From an archaeon (GTDB lineage Archaea; SpSt-1190; DYHY01), in assembly GCA_037442745.1 (NCBI GenBank), contig JBBIPP010000002.1, positions 32,001-96,000 of the forward strand: DNA of 64,000 nucleotides. Reading direction: 5' to 3'. Each line of letters begins with the position of its first letter. The stretch's first letter is position 1. Below the pieces are notes generated by a model that worked only from the letters and a program-made list of their open reading frames with translations, was not told where the DNA came from and did no database searches. Positions 46,795 to 56,419 of the stretch are shown here, piece after piece. The translations under genes and the position numbers were made by a program.

Positions 46795-49700
46795 ATTGCT
46801 GAAAAGGAAAATGGGCTTTCTCTTCCTCACCTTCCTATTTTTGGCTCTCCTGACTCTTTTCCAGGAGGCTGTTCCCGGATATTCGGATTCGTGCTCAATA
46901 ACAGGGACAGTAGACTATGGAACAAGACGTTGCGACGGATGGAGCGGATGCTCTCCGACTTCTCCTGTCGGAGCTCCCTGCACCTGCTGGTTCTACGGAG
47001 ACTCCTGCCCCTGCGGATGCCAGTCCGGCTACAGCCTTCCTTGCGGGGACTTGTGCGCTTCCGGACGATGCAACCCCTGCTCAACCACAACAACCTCTTC
47101 AACAACTTCCACAACAGTCACAACAACAACAACCTCTTCAACAACTTCCACAACAGTCACAACAACAATCCCAATCTGCTCAGAGTCCTCAACAGTTGTA
47201 GTTAAGGTAGACACCTCCGCCCCGACAGGTTCCAGCATTTCCTCCCCCGAATATTCCGGAATAATCACACAAATCACTCTCACTAACGGAACTGACGCCC
47301 ATTCGGGCCTTGCCTCAACCCAGCTAGCGTATGAGACCGCAACCCTTTCGAACAACGTTTGCGGAAGCTTTTCTGGAGCAACTGTAATCGGGAACAACCC
47401 GGGCTCTCCATACTACCATTCCACAATTTTGGACGGAACCTGCTACAGGTACAATTTCACGAACACTAACTTGGCTGGAAGAACCTCCCTAGTAAGTTCA
47501 ACTACAAAAGTCGACATGACACCTCCGAATTCCACAATATCCTACCCGGTTTCCGGAATGCATCTGAAGGGCTCGATAACAGTTTCCGGAACTGCCCAGG
47601 ATTTGCCCCTCTATTCTGGGGTTAAAAACGTAACATTCTGGAACGGGACCAACTGGACATCAGTCACTGGCACAACTTCCTGGACAAAAGGAGTAGATAC
47701 TGCGACAGTAGCCGACGGAGTCTACTATTTTGTGAGCGATTCTTATGACAATGGCGAAGTCTCAGAAACCGTCCCGAACGAGGGAATTCTTAACCTTGAT
47801 TTCGAGACTGGAACACCTCCAGCTCCCCCGACATACTGGACAAGCAACTTAGTAGGGAATTGGAACCTCACAACTGGAGACAGGATTCCCGGACCCGGAA
47901 CAAAGTCAATTAACGGCTCGACAACTGGCACTAGCAGTTGGATATGCACAGATGCCAAGGACTATGGGACATCGGTTGCTGGATATACATTCAACCTGAC
48001 TGGATATCTAAAGCCTGTCGGAATGTCCGCATTGGCCAATATACTGATTATTTTCCAAAATTCCACCCAGGCGGAAATCGGAAGGAAAGTCGCCCAGACA
48101 GTTACCGGAAACTCCAACTGGACATTCGTATATGCGAGCATGGCCGCTCCTGCCGGAACCACAAGAGTAGTTGTCTGCATTGATCGCTTTGCCGGAACAG
48201 GATATGTCCTTGCCGACAATCTGGCAATAACCAGGAGCGACAGGAAGAACACAGCAACCTCAGAAACCGTCCCGAACGAGGGAATTCTTAACCTTGATTT
48301 CGAGACTGGAACACCTCCAGCTCCCCCGACATACTGGACAAGCAACTTAGTAGGGAATTGGAACCTCACAACTGGAGACAGGATTCCCGGACCCGGAACA
48401 AAGTCAATTAACGGCTCGACAACTGGCACTAGCAGTTGGATATGCACAGATGCCAAGGACTATGGGACATCGGTTGCTGGATATACATTCAACCTGACTG
48501 GATATCTAAAGCCTGTCGGAATGTCCGCATTGGCCAATATACTGATTATTTTCCAAAATTCCACCCAGGCGGAAATCGGAAGGAAAGTCGCCCAGACAGT
48601 TACCGGAAACTCCAACTGGACATTCGTATATGCGAGCATGGCCGCTCCTGCCGGAACCACAAGAGTAGTTGTCTGCATTGATCGCTTTGCCGGAACAGGA
48701 TATGTCCTTGCCGACAATCTGGCAATAACCAGGAGCGACAGGAAGAACACAGTAACTGTCACCTTCGACAACTCCGCCCCTTCCGCCGGAACTGTCTCAG
48801 TCCCAGCCTACAACCTATCGAACTGGATAATTGCGACAATTACGAACGGAACTGACGCACTCTCGGGAGTTTCGAACACTACCCTATGGGTCAACGAGAC
48901 AACATATTCCTCCGGAGTCTGCGGGGCAGTCGGAACTGTCTCAATTAACTCCACAAATCCAACCGGCTCATACAACCACACCGGCCTAACAACCGGATGC
49001 TACGGCTACATTCTGACAACAACTGACCGTTCGGGAAATTCAGCTAACTCGACTCAGGTATATTCGAGAATTGACCTCTCAGCTCCCTCCGAGGCAACAG
49101 CTCCCTCCTGCCCCTCCTATGACGGGGACGGAAACTTTTCATTAACATGGGGAACCGGAACTGACCCTGATTCTGGAGTTTCCGAAAATCGCCTGTGGGT
49201 CAGGAACTATACGAGCCTTACCGGGGACTTGTGCGGATCCGCCCAGTCCTGGGAATCCGTCTCAACTAGCACAGGAACAACTGCAATAAACTTCAGGACC
49301 TCCGGATGCTACGAGTACAAAATCCAGACAACTAACAACGTCGGAAAGGATGCGAACTCGACTACCTGCATAACGAAGGTTGACACGAGCGCGCCATCGC
49401 AGGGGACTCTTGGGCTGTCCGCATATTCAAACTCAACTGCGTATGGCATTACAATAACAAACGGAACTGACGGAAACACGAGCATTGCGAACACTACCCT
49501 TGAGCGGGCTGAAGGTACTCTTTCAGGGGATGTCTGCTCATCCTATTCTGTGTGGTCTGTCATTGCAACCAGTCCGGCAAACCCCTATTCAGAATCCGGC
49601 CGGACGACCAAGTGCTACAAATACAGGCTAAACATTACTAACGCCGCAGGCCTTGTCAATTCCTCCGTCGAATACGAAATAAAAGTTGACACAACAGCTC

Positions 49701-51547
49701 CGACGGGAGTCTCCCTCACAACACCCACAGGATACATCAAGGGGACGACCATCAAGCTTATTGTAAACAACGGAACTGATGCCCAGACACCGATTTCGAC
49801 AGTCCGGCTCTGGTATAAGACGGCAACCCTTTCCGCAGGATCCTGCGGAAGCTACGGGAGCCAGACTCTCTTCCCTTCAGTACTGAACGCAACGAGCTAT
49901 ATTTCAGCTTCAGACTTGACGTGCTACAATCTGACGCTCGAATCAGTCAATGTGGCGGGCCTCGGGACGAACGCGACTGGCTCAAACATTGCCATAATTG
50001 ACGCAACTCCTCCGAAAACCCAGATAACCTCCCCAACCGAGGGCGCGACTGTAAATTCAGAATATTTCTCAATCACAGGAACTGCATCTGACGCAGGTTC
50101 CGGAGTCTCAAAAGTCTGGGTATCTTACAACGGCGGAGAATCTTGGGCAATTGCGACAGGCACAACTGCCTGGACATACACAAGCCCGGACGGAGTTGTT
50201 CCCAAGGGCTCTGCGACAATTGTCGCAATTGCCGAGGACAACGCGGGAAACAACTATACTGAGCAGATATCCGGGTCCGCCGAGAGCTTCGCCGCAGGGA
50301 TACCAGACGACGGACTGCCTGACTCGGTAACAAACTGGACGTCCGAATACGCAACCGCCCTCCACTTGACAGAGGACCCGACACACGGAGCATATGCAAT
50401 AAAGTATTATTCCAACTCATCCTCGACCAATCCATATGTCCATCACGGATATCCGACATTCGCATCCCCGATTGCCGGAAAGACTTTTTATTTCTCCGCG
50501 GACATGAAGGCAACAAGCGCATTGTCTGCTCCAATAAGAATGAGTTGCTGGAACGGGACCGCAAACACCGACTTTTCCCCCGCCATTTCCGCCGGACTGA
50601 CAACTAGCTATCAAAGGTTCAAGGGGACGAAAACGCAGGGAGAATTGTGCATAGACAGGCCCCAAATAATGATTTACTCAACTACCTCGGCCAACATCAC
50701 AGTTGACAACATAATCCTCGCTCAGGCAGTGAACGTAACCGGGCAAGGAACCGCCCCGACAGCAGCGCCCAGCAACGTCACTTTCAACGGGGACGGCTCG
50801 AACATCTCAAGCAGCCTTTCATTCCCATTCAATGTGACTGTCTCCGACCTTGACGGAGGCGCTGACCTTGACTGCGACGGCACAATAACCAAATGCAACG
50901 TTACCTGCTGGTCGAATTCCCTCTCAAGCGAGGGGGCTCCCCTCAACTGGGACAAGCTGACTACTGCCCTCCAAAACCACACTCTTCCGAGCGGGAACTA
51001 TCTCAACATCTCCGCAAGCGTCCAGCCCTATGTGTATTCAAAGCCGGGAGACTGGACCTGCAAGGCATATTTCACTGACAAGGCGTCCAAGATCGGAACT
51101 GTGAACACTACAGTCAACTTTAGCATTTCCCCCGGAGAGCCAATAACATACGGAGGATGCGGCTTCGCCGGAGCCCCCGGAGCGACGAACGTGCCCGGAA
51201 ACTGCCCCGGAAACTCTTCCCACATAAACATAACAATAGCCTCGCCAATTGACCAGGTTTTGTGGATAAAGGCGTCACGAGCGAACTGGACAACTCTTCC
51301 CGAGCCCGGAAGCACTTTTGGAATAGGGAACATGACATTCGGCATCTCTACCTGCCCGAACTCGCTCAAGGTCAACGAGACATGGCAGAAGCTCTCAGAA
51401 AGCCCGACAACAAGAGGGACATATCCGAACCCGAACAACTTTACAATGCACCTCTGCCTGTCCCTTCCGGACGGAATTCCTGCCGGGACTTATTACACGA
51501 ACTTTACAATAATGGCAAGGCTCCCGACAGACCCTGCCCCAGAATAA
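46787..51547 (+). CDS. Large secreted surface protein C (1586 aa): Cys-rich tip, Thr linker, FN3/Ig repeats, 3 CBM-like modules, WxL/fimbrial-like end
   Basis: Signal peptide; repeats D.(S/T)AP...NGTD..SG...C...CY.Y; NLDFETG...W...ADNL CBM4/9-like modules; terminal LSLPDGIPAGTYYTNFTI. Confidence 0.88.
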   Translation: MSELLKRKMGFLFLTFLFLALLTLFQEAVPGYSDSCSITGTVDYGTRRCDGWSGCSPTSPVGAPCTCWFYGDSCPCGCQSGYSLPCGDLCASGRCNPCSTTTTSSTTSTTVTTTTTSSTTSTTVTTTIPICSESSTVVVKVDTSAPTGSSISSPEYSGIITQITLTNGTDAHSGLASTQLAYETATLSNNVCGSFSGATVIGNNPGSPYYHSTILDGTCYRYNFTNTNLAGRTSLVSSTTKVDMTPPNSTISYPVSGMHLKGSITVSGTAQDLPLYSGVKNVTFWNGTNWTSVTGTTSWTKGVDTATVADGVYYFVSDSYDNGEVSETVPNEGILNLDFETGTPPAPPTYWTSNLVGNWNLTTGDRIPGPGTKSINGSTTGTSSWICTDAKDYGTSVAGYTFNLTGYLKPVGMSALANILIIFQNSTQAEIGRKVAQTVTGNSNWTFVYASMAAPAGTTRVVVCIDRFAGTGYVLADNLAITRSDRKNTATSETVPNEGILNLDFETGTPPAPPTYWTSNLVGNWNLTTGDRIPGPGTKSINGSTTGTSSWICTDAKDYGTSVAGYTFNLTGYLKPVGMSALANILIIFQNSTQAEIGRKVAQTVTGNSNWTFVYASMAAPAGTTRVVVCIDRFAGTGYVLADNLAITRSDRKNTVTVTFDNSAPSAGTVSVPAYNLSNWIIATITNGTDALSGVSNTTLWVNETTYSSGVCGAVGTVSINSTNPTGSYNHTGLTTGCYGYILTTTDRSGNSANSTQVYSRIDLSAPSEATAPSCPSYDGDGNFSLTWGTGTDPDSGVSENRLWVRNYTSLTGDLCGSAQSWESVSTSTGTTAINFRTSGCYEYKIQTTNNVGKDANSTTCITKVDTSAPSQGTLGLSAYSNSTAYGITITNGTDGNTSIANTTLERAEGTLSGDVCSSYSVWSVIATSPANPYSESGRTTKCYKYRLNITNAAGLVNSSVEYEIKVDTTAPTGVSLTTPTGYIKGTTIKLIVNNGTDAQTPISTVRLWYKTATLSAGSCGSYGSQTLFPSVLNATSYISASDLTCYNLTLESVNVAGLGTNATGSNIAIIDATPPKTQITSPTEGATVNSEYFSITGTASDAGSGVSKVWVSYNGGESWAIATGTTAWTYTSPDGVVPKGSATIVAIAEDNAGNNYTEQISGSAESFAAGIPDDGLPDSVTNWTSEYATALHLTEDPTHGAYAIKYYSNSSSTNPYVHHGYPTFASPIAGKTFYFSADMKATSALSAPIRMSCWNGTANTDFSPAISAGLTTSYQRFKGTKTQGELCIDRPQIMIYSTTSANITVDNIILAQAVNVTGQGTAPTAAPSNVTFNGDGSNISSSLSFPFNVTVSDLDGGADLDCDGTITKCNVTCWSNSLSSEGAPLNWDKLTTALQNHTLPSGNYLNISASVQPYVYSKPGDWTCKAYFTDKASKIGTVNTTVNFSISPGEPITYGGCGFAGAPGATNVPGNCPGNSSHINITIASPIDQVLWIKASRANWTTLPEPGSTFGIGNMTFGISTCPNSLKVNETWQKLSESPTTRGTYPNPNNFTMHLCLSLPDGIPAGTYYTNFTIMARLPTDPAPE
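47087..47168 (+). repeat. 39-bp tandem repeat x2 encoding a Thr/Ser linker
   Basis: ACAACAACCTCTTCAACAACTTCCACAACAGTCACAACA occurs twice. Confidence 0.9.
47761..48756 (+). repeat. 498-bp in-frame tandem duplication of a CBM-like module
   Basis: 47761-48254 matches 48259-48752; the translated 166-aa unit is repeated. Confidence 0.95.
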
Positions 51548-51581
51548 ATTGAAAAGGAGAAGAAGACGAACGGAAAAGAAA

Positions 51582-52100
51582 ATGAAAAACGCGCCAGTGA
51601 CATTCGCCATTTTCCTGCTTTTACTCTCAACTCCCGCTTTTTCCGGGTCAAGCATATCTCCATTCAGGGCCGATTATAACGTCACTGTTGGCAAGCCCTT
51701 TGATATCGAGTTCATAATTGCAAACACAGGAAAGGATGCGAATTTCGCCCTAACTCTTGCCGGAACAGCAAAGGAGTATGGAGTCCTCCTTGACGGAACA
51801 TCTGTCAATATACCAGAGAAAAGCTCAAAGAGAATGAAGCTCCGGGTAATCCTTCCGACAGAGGGCAATGCGACCGAATATTATGCGGAAATTATTGCAA
51901 AGAGAGATGGCGCGTTCTCCGGAGTTGGCTCGACTGGCGGAGTCGGGATTGAGACAAGCATTAGCGCAATATACAAGCTCAACCCAGTTGCCAAGGTCGG
52001 CCGTCAGAACATTCTCACACAGCCAGTAACATATTTCGGAGGATTGGTAATACTTGTCCTTGTTGGAGTAGTTTTCGTTCTTCTACGGGTTTTCCGCTAA
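51582..52100 (+). CDS. Small anchored Ig-fold protein, DUF916/pilus-chaperone-like (paralog 1)
   Basis: Signal peptide, SISP...F.I.NTG...IPEKSSKR...GVGIETSISAIY, and C-terminal TM. Confidence 0.65.
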   Translation: MKNAPVTFAIFLLLLSTPAFSGSSISPFRADYNVTVGKPFDIEFIIANTGKDANFALTLAGTAKEYGVLLDGTSVNIPEKSSKRMKLRVILPTEGNATEYYAEIIAKRDGAFSGVGSTGGVGIETSISAIYKLNPVAKVGRQNILTQPVTYFGGLVILVLVGVVFVLLRVFR

Positions 52101-52160
52101 AACCATTTTAGCCCAATTGCCAGAAAATCCTCCCCTATAAAATAGGCCAGAAACTCCCAA

Positions 52161-52180
52161 AAGACAACCTTTTTTATAGT
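52161..52180 (+). promoter_or_regulatory. BRE/TATA promoter for the 835-aa surface protein
   Basis: AAGACAACCTTTTTTATAG about 27 nt upstream of ATG 52205, which is leaderless spacing. Confidence 0.55.
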
Positions 52181-52204
52181 GCTGACATCTAGTACAATTG
52201 GAAA

Positions 52205-54712
52205 ATGGCCAAATATCAGTCAAAAATCAGTTTTGCGCTTGTTTTCGCGCTATTAATAATCGGAATCGGCTTTTCAGATGTTGGCGCAAACGTAAGCGTA
52301 ACAAATGAAGCTCCTTATCAACCAACAACCGCCGATCCCCCAATAATCTATGTCCATTCCCTGAATGTTCCAAGCTATGTATTCACAAGGGGAGTTGATC
52401 TCAACGGCGACACTGTCAAGACAATTTTCGACATTGGGACAAGCGCATACGGGGGGACTGAATGCGCGAACGCGGCAACTGAAAACAGCTATGCTACACA
52501 AGGGTCGGCGACAAACCTTAACTTGATGGACACAACGCCACCATTTTGCACATACACTTACAGCGCATCTACAGGCTCAAACGTGACGAAGAACTATTAC
52601 TATACATTGAAATCAATCGACTTTCCCGGAACGCAGAACAACACACATCCCCTGAACTTTACGGTAACTCTCTATAACGCGCAACCGGGAGCCCCGTCCG
52701 CCCTGAATGTCTCCGAATCCTCGCCAGCCCCTGTCGCCCCCCCAACAGTATCCTTCACCGGAGTGACCGATCCTGACGGAGACTCTGTCACATATTATGC
52801 GACTGTCGGAACAACCTCAGGAGCGTCAAACGTCCTCCCAAAGACGGCTGTCGCGCCCTCGGGATTCTCAATACCGAACGCCCTTCTCTACGGGCCGGGA
52901 GAGAGCAGAAACACGACAACGCGCTCCGAAACAAGATATTATGTAAGGATCTATACGAGCGACGGGACATATGCGAACGGGGCAGGGAACTCGAACTCCT
53001 CGAACTATGACGCCTCATTCAACATAACTAACAACAGGCCCAACATAACAATGACTGCGAACAATGCGTCAACCTCGTCAACTGCAGCGGCGCTCGGAGC
53101 AAAAGTAAAATTCAACGTGACCTTTACGGACGCCGACTCTGCCGACTCTTCGGGAACATTCACTCTCAGGGTCTGCTCCTCAAACTCGGCAACATCCTCA
53201 GGGTGCTCGGAATACCAGTTCTGCACTTCGACTAGAACCGGGGCCGGGACAGTTGACTGCAACTATACTACCCAGGAATCTGACGGGAATTCGAACACAA
53301 CCTATGCTTTCATCTGGGACCAGAGAGGCCTTCCTGTTGACACATCGAACACAACTGCCTCGACATTCTACGTTGACCAAGGTATAACTTTCTCAGGAAT
53401 GAGCTTTGGTAGGAACGGCGGATACGGAACGTTCGTCAACGGCGACACAATAAACTGCACAGGAACAGTCTCCTCAGGGGACGGAGTAGTTACTGATGTC
53501 AGGGCAATAGTTTACGGGCCCCTCGGCTCTGCATCAGACCCCAACTACATCAGCGCGAACCTTTCCGGAAGCTGTTCAGGAGCCTCATGGTCCGGAGCGG
53601 GAAAGAGCTGCAGCGCAACTTTTGTCCTTGCTACAACCGGAACAGACCAGTTCTCAGACACCTGCCAGCACAGAATTGGAACTTGGACTTGCTTCCTCAA
53701 TGCAACAAACATTTTCGGGGTAAATAAGACCGGGAACCCATCAGTTACCGGAACGAACACTCTTGTCAATTCCGCTCCCTCAATTGCCGGGGGAATGGTT
53801 GCTTGGACCGGGGACACAACAATTTCCCTTGTTTCGACATCCGGAATCTGGACAAGGACTCCGAAAGGAATGAACGCGACATATTCCGATTTGGACGGCT
53901 ATAACGACGTGAACGCATCCACCTGCGCCTCCAACGCATGCAGGATTTATTGCAGGAACCTTGGGACTGTTGACAACGCAACCGCCCTCGACTCGTTCTG
54001 GAATTTTTCAATAAAGAACTTCAGTACTGGTGACGGGGACAACTTTGTCGGAGGGACCGGATGCCAGTACGGAGGGACAGGAACCCGGACAATCGGGTTG
54101 CTTCCGACCTTTGAATCGGCCTCAAACAACGGGAGCTGGGCTTGCTATCTCAGGATTGCCGACAACGGAGGACTATATGACTGGACGAGCGCAGGGACAA
54201 CATTCACAGTAAACGAGCATGTTGCTTTCAATGTCGATGACTCCGGGGACACCTGGCCAGCCCTCTCAACGCTCTCCTACGTCTTTTCAGGCTCTCCCGG
54301 AGCCAGATATACAGCGACAATTCCCAACACTAACGGGCAATATGCAGTATACCACTACATATCCAACTCAATAGGGAATGTCAGGTATTCTGGACCAGCA
54401 TTCACAAGGGGGGCTGACGGGGCAGTAACAATAGGAATAGCGAATCTTACTGTCGGGGCGTCTTCTGCAACGACAATTGACTGCGCGAGCGAGACATATA
54501 ACTCGACATGCAGGCAGATGAACGCCAATTACCGGCTAATTTGGGGGCTGAACAACACCTACCAGAATCCGGTAACAAGCTATCCAATTGGCGAGAAGAG
54601 GTATATTGACGCGGCTCTGATAATTCCCGTCGGGACGCCGACTGGAAGCTATAACACAACGTTCTCGTTCGACTATTGCCTGACGGGAAATCCGCTATGT
54701 GTTGACGAATAA
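52205..54712 (+). CDS. Secreted surface protein D (835 aa), Cys-bridged Ig repeats, WxL/fimbrial-like end
   Basis: Signal peptide, N-x-x-P domain starts, D-x-D-G-D motifs, terminal LIIPVGTPTGSYNTTFSF, no TM anchor. Confidence 0.85.
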   Translation: MAKYQSKISFALVFALLIIGIGFSDVGANVSVTNEAPYQPTTADPPIIYVHSLNVPSYVFTRGVDLNGDTVKTIFDIGTSAYGGTECANAATENSYATQGSATNLNLMDTTPPFCTYTYSASTGSNVTKNYYYTLKSIDFPGTQNNTHPLNFTVTLYNAQPGAPSALNVSESSPAPVAPPTVSFTGVTDPDGDSVTYYATVGTTSGASNVLPKTAVAPSGFSIPNALLYGPGESRNTTTRSETRYYVRIYTSDGTYANGAGNSNSSNYDASFNITNNRPNITMTANNASTSSTAAALGAKVKFNVTFTDADSADSSGTFTLRVCSSNSATSSGCSEYQFCTSTRTGAGTVDCNYTTQESDGNSNTTYAFIWDQRGLPVDTSNTTASTFYVDQGITFSGMSFGRNGGYGTFVNGDTINCTGTVSSGDGVVTDVRAIVYGPLGSASDPNYISANLSGSCSGASWSGAGKSCSATFVLATTGTDQFSDTCQHRIGTWTCFLNATNIFGVNKTGNPSVTGTNTLVNSAPSIAGGMVAWTGDTTISLVSTSGIWTRTPKGMNATYSDLDGYNDVNASTCASNACRIYCRNLGTVDNATALDSFWNFSIKNFSTGDGDNFVGGTGCQYGGTGTRTIGLLPTFESASNNGSWACYLRIADNGGLYDWTSAGTTFTVNEHVAFNVDDSGDTWPALSTLSYVFSGSPGARYTATIPNTNGQYAVYHYISNSIGNVRYSGPAFTRGADGAVTIGIANLTVGASSATTIDCASETYNSTCRQMNANYRLIWGLNNTYQNPVTSYPIGEKRYIDAALIIPVGTPTGSYNTTFSFDYCLTGNPLCVDE

Positions 54713-54740
54713 TAAAAGAATATAAATGAGGGAAACTTAG

Positions 54741-55415
54741 ATGGAAAAGAAAATGACACGGACAGGCGCATATGCAACTGTTGCCTTTTTGTTCGCAGTG
54801 GCATTCGTGCTATCCGCGGGATTCTCTGGGATGGGCCTCACTCCAGCATCAGGGACATACAATTTCACAAAGCAAGGCGGAACAATCCAATTCGTTGTCT
54901 CGAACCTGAACAATTATGAAACGGAGTTCTCGATAAAGCCCTATGGCACTGCGTCTGACGGAAACAGGTATATTTCGAAAATAACTCCCGGAGACAAAGT
55001 AACTGTCAAGCCGAACGATTTCAAGGTATTTTATCTTCATGTGACGCCAGACGAGACAGTTGAATACGGGCGCAGGTATATTATCGGAATACAGGTGAAG
55101 AACACAGGAGCGCTTGGGCCCGGCGGAGCCGGAGAGGGAATTGGCGTCTCCGGCCTTGAGAGCGCGTCCGCAGGCTTCTACATTCATTTCGAGAACAAGG
55201 GGACAACCATTAACTACGGCGGGTTCGAGGAGGAGTCGACAAGGCGCCTTCATGAGAGAATGAACCAAAAGCCCAACCATCTCCCCCTAATTCTTTCAAT
55301 AATCCTAGTAGCCTTGCTCTTGGGTCTGCTCGTCTTCTTCCTCGTAAAGAGGAAAAAGGACAGCGATGACGGAGGAGAGGAAATTGTATATTCCGGGGGA
55401 AAGGGACCGAATTAG
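54741..55415 (+). CDS. Small anchored Ig-fold protein, DUF916/pilus-chaperone-like (paralog 2)
   Basis: Signal peptide, GLTPASGTY...GG.IQFVVSN...VKPNDFKVF...GIGVSG, and C-terminal TM plus KRKK. Confidence 0.65.
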   Translation: MEKKMTRTGAYATVAFLFAVAFVLSAGFSGMGLTPASGTYNFTKQGGTIQFVVSNLNNYETEFSIKPYGTASDGNRYISKITPGDKVTVKPNDFKVFYLHVTPDETVEYGRRYIIGIQVKNTGALGPGGAGEGIGVSGLESASAGFYIHFENKGTTINYGGFEEESTRRLHERMNQKPNHLPLILSIILVALLLGLLVFFLVKRKKDSDDGGEEIVYSGGKGPN

Positions 55416-56373
55416 GAACCTCTCCGTCCGGATTGACTCAAGAGGCGCGGCAATTATTTTCTGTGCCCTCGGAGCGTTTCTTTTTCTCTCACATTTCCTC
55501 GCAGTTCTTGGCTTTTCGGACAATTCAACTGACTTTGGACATGGGAACAAGAAAGGCGTCCTGAACGTACCGCCGAAAATAATAGAGATTTTCTCGACAG
55601 CATCCTCGGCAGGCAAGGAAACCCTGTTCACAATAACCGCGTTCGACGGGAACAGCGGATATGACATTTGCACCAAGGGCGCGTTATGCAATGCCAGCTG
55701 TTCCTTTGCAGAGATCTTCTCGCCCGAGAGCCAGGGAAGGGCAATTCTCGAATGCGATGAGTCCTCCTGCAAAGTCTTCGGCCAGTTCGTTGCAACTGAC
55801 AGCACCCCTGCCTGGGACCCGAAAACATCCCAGCTTGTTGCAAAAGTCCCGTTTTCCCGGAACGCAAAAGTTGGCAGATGGAACTGCGAAATAGCGATTT
55901 CCGACAATTCCGGGGAACTCGACACGAAGAGCTATTCAATATACCTGCGCCCGGAGAACGATTCTTCCAGATTACTGAATTTCTATCAGAAAATATTCTT
56001 CTCGGTAATTGTCCCCCTAATAGCCCTGTTCGCAATAGCCCACCAACTCTTCAGGATTGCGTCAAGGAGGCTCTCAGTTGTCGACTGGGAAGAGGAGATT
56101 CGTAGCTATATTGAGGCAAAGGCGCACATCTCATTCATTGAAAGGGAGTTTGAAAACGAGCTTGAGCGGAGGAAGGCTGAGAGAATATACGGGCTACTTT
56201 CGGGCGCAAAGGCATCATTCTCAAAAGGAGACTATTCCGGGACGCTATGGCTCTCCAGGTCAATTGAGGGGGAACTGGCGCGCGACTCGGAGAAAATACA
56301 CATACCAAAGCGCCTCCTTTCCTTCCCCGAGAAGCTAAAAGTCTTTTCAAACGCCCTCTTCAGGCGAAATTAA
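55366..56373 (+). CDS. Bitopic surface protein sharing a Cys domain with proteins C and D; cytoplasmic helical tail
   Basis: NVPPKI...AFDGNSGYDIC...C...GRWNCEIAISDNSG, then a TM and about 100 charged helical residues. Confidence 0.7.
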   Translation: MTEERKLYIPGERDRIRNLSVRIDSRGAAIIFCALGAFLFLSHFLAVLGFSDNSTDFGHGNKKGVLNVPPKIIEIFSTASSAGKETLFTITAFDGNSGYDICTKGALCNASCSFAEIFSPESQGRAILECDESSCKVFGQFVATDSTPAWDPKTSQLVAKVPFSRNAKVGRWNCEIAISDNSGELDTKSYSIYLRPENDSSRLLNFYQKIFFSVIVPLIALFAIAHQLFRIASRRLSVVDWEEEIRSYIEAKAHISFIEREFENELERRKAERIYGLLSGAKASFSKGDYSGTLWLSRSIEGELARDSEKIHIPKRLLSFPEKLKVFSNALFRRN

Positions 56374-56419
56374 CGGGAAAAAAGACGACCAACAGAAAAC
56401 TTTTATAATATGGCGGATT

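Noticed and set aside
46917-47201. Poly-Gln ORF, and a poly-Asn ORF at 46891
   Set aside because: Alternative frames of the ACA-rich Thr linker in protein C.
47761-48756. Diversity-generating retroelement TR/VR pair
   Set aside because: Copies are in-frame and identical with no adenine-specific mismatches, and there is no reverse transcriptase in the window. The same applies to the 175-bp repeat.
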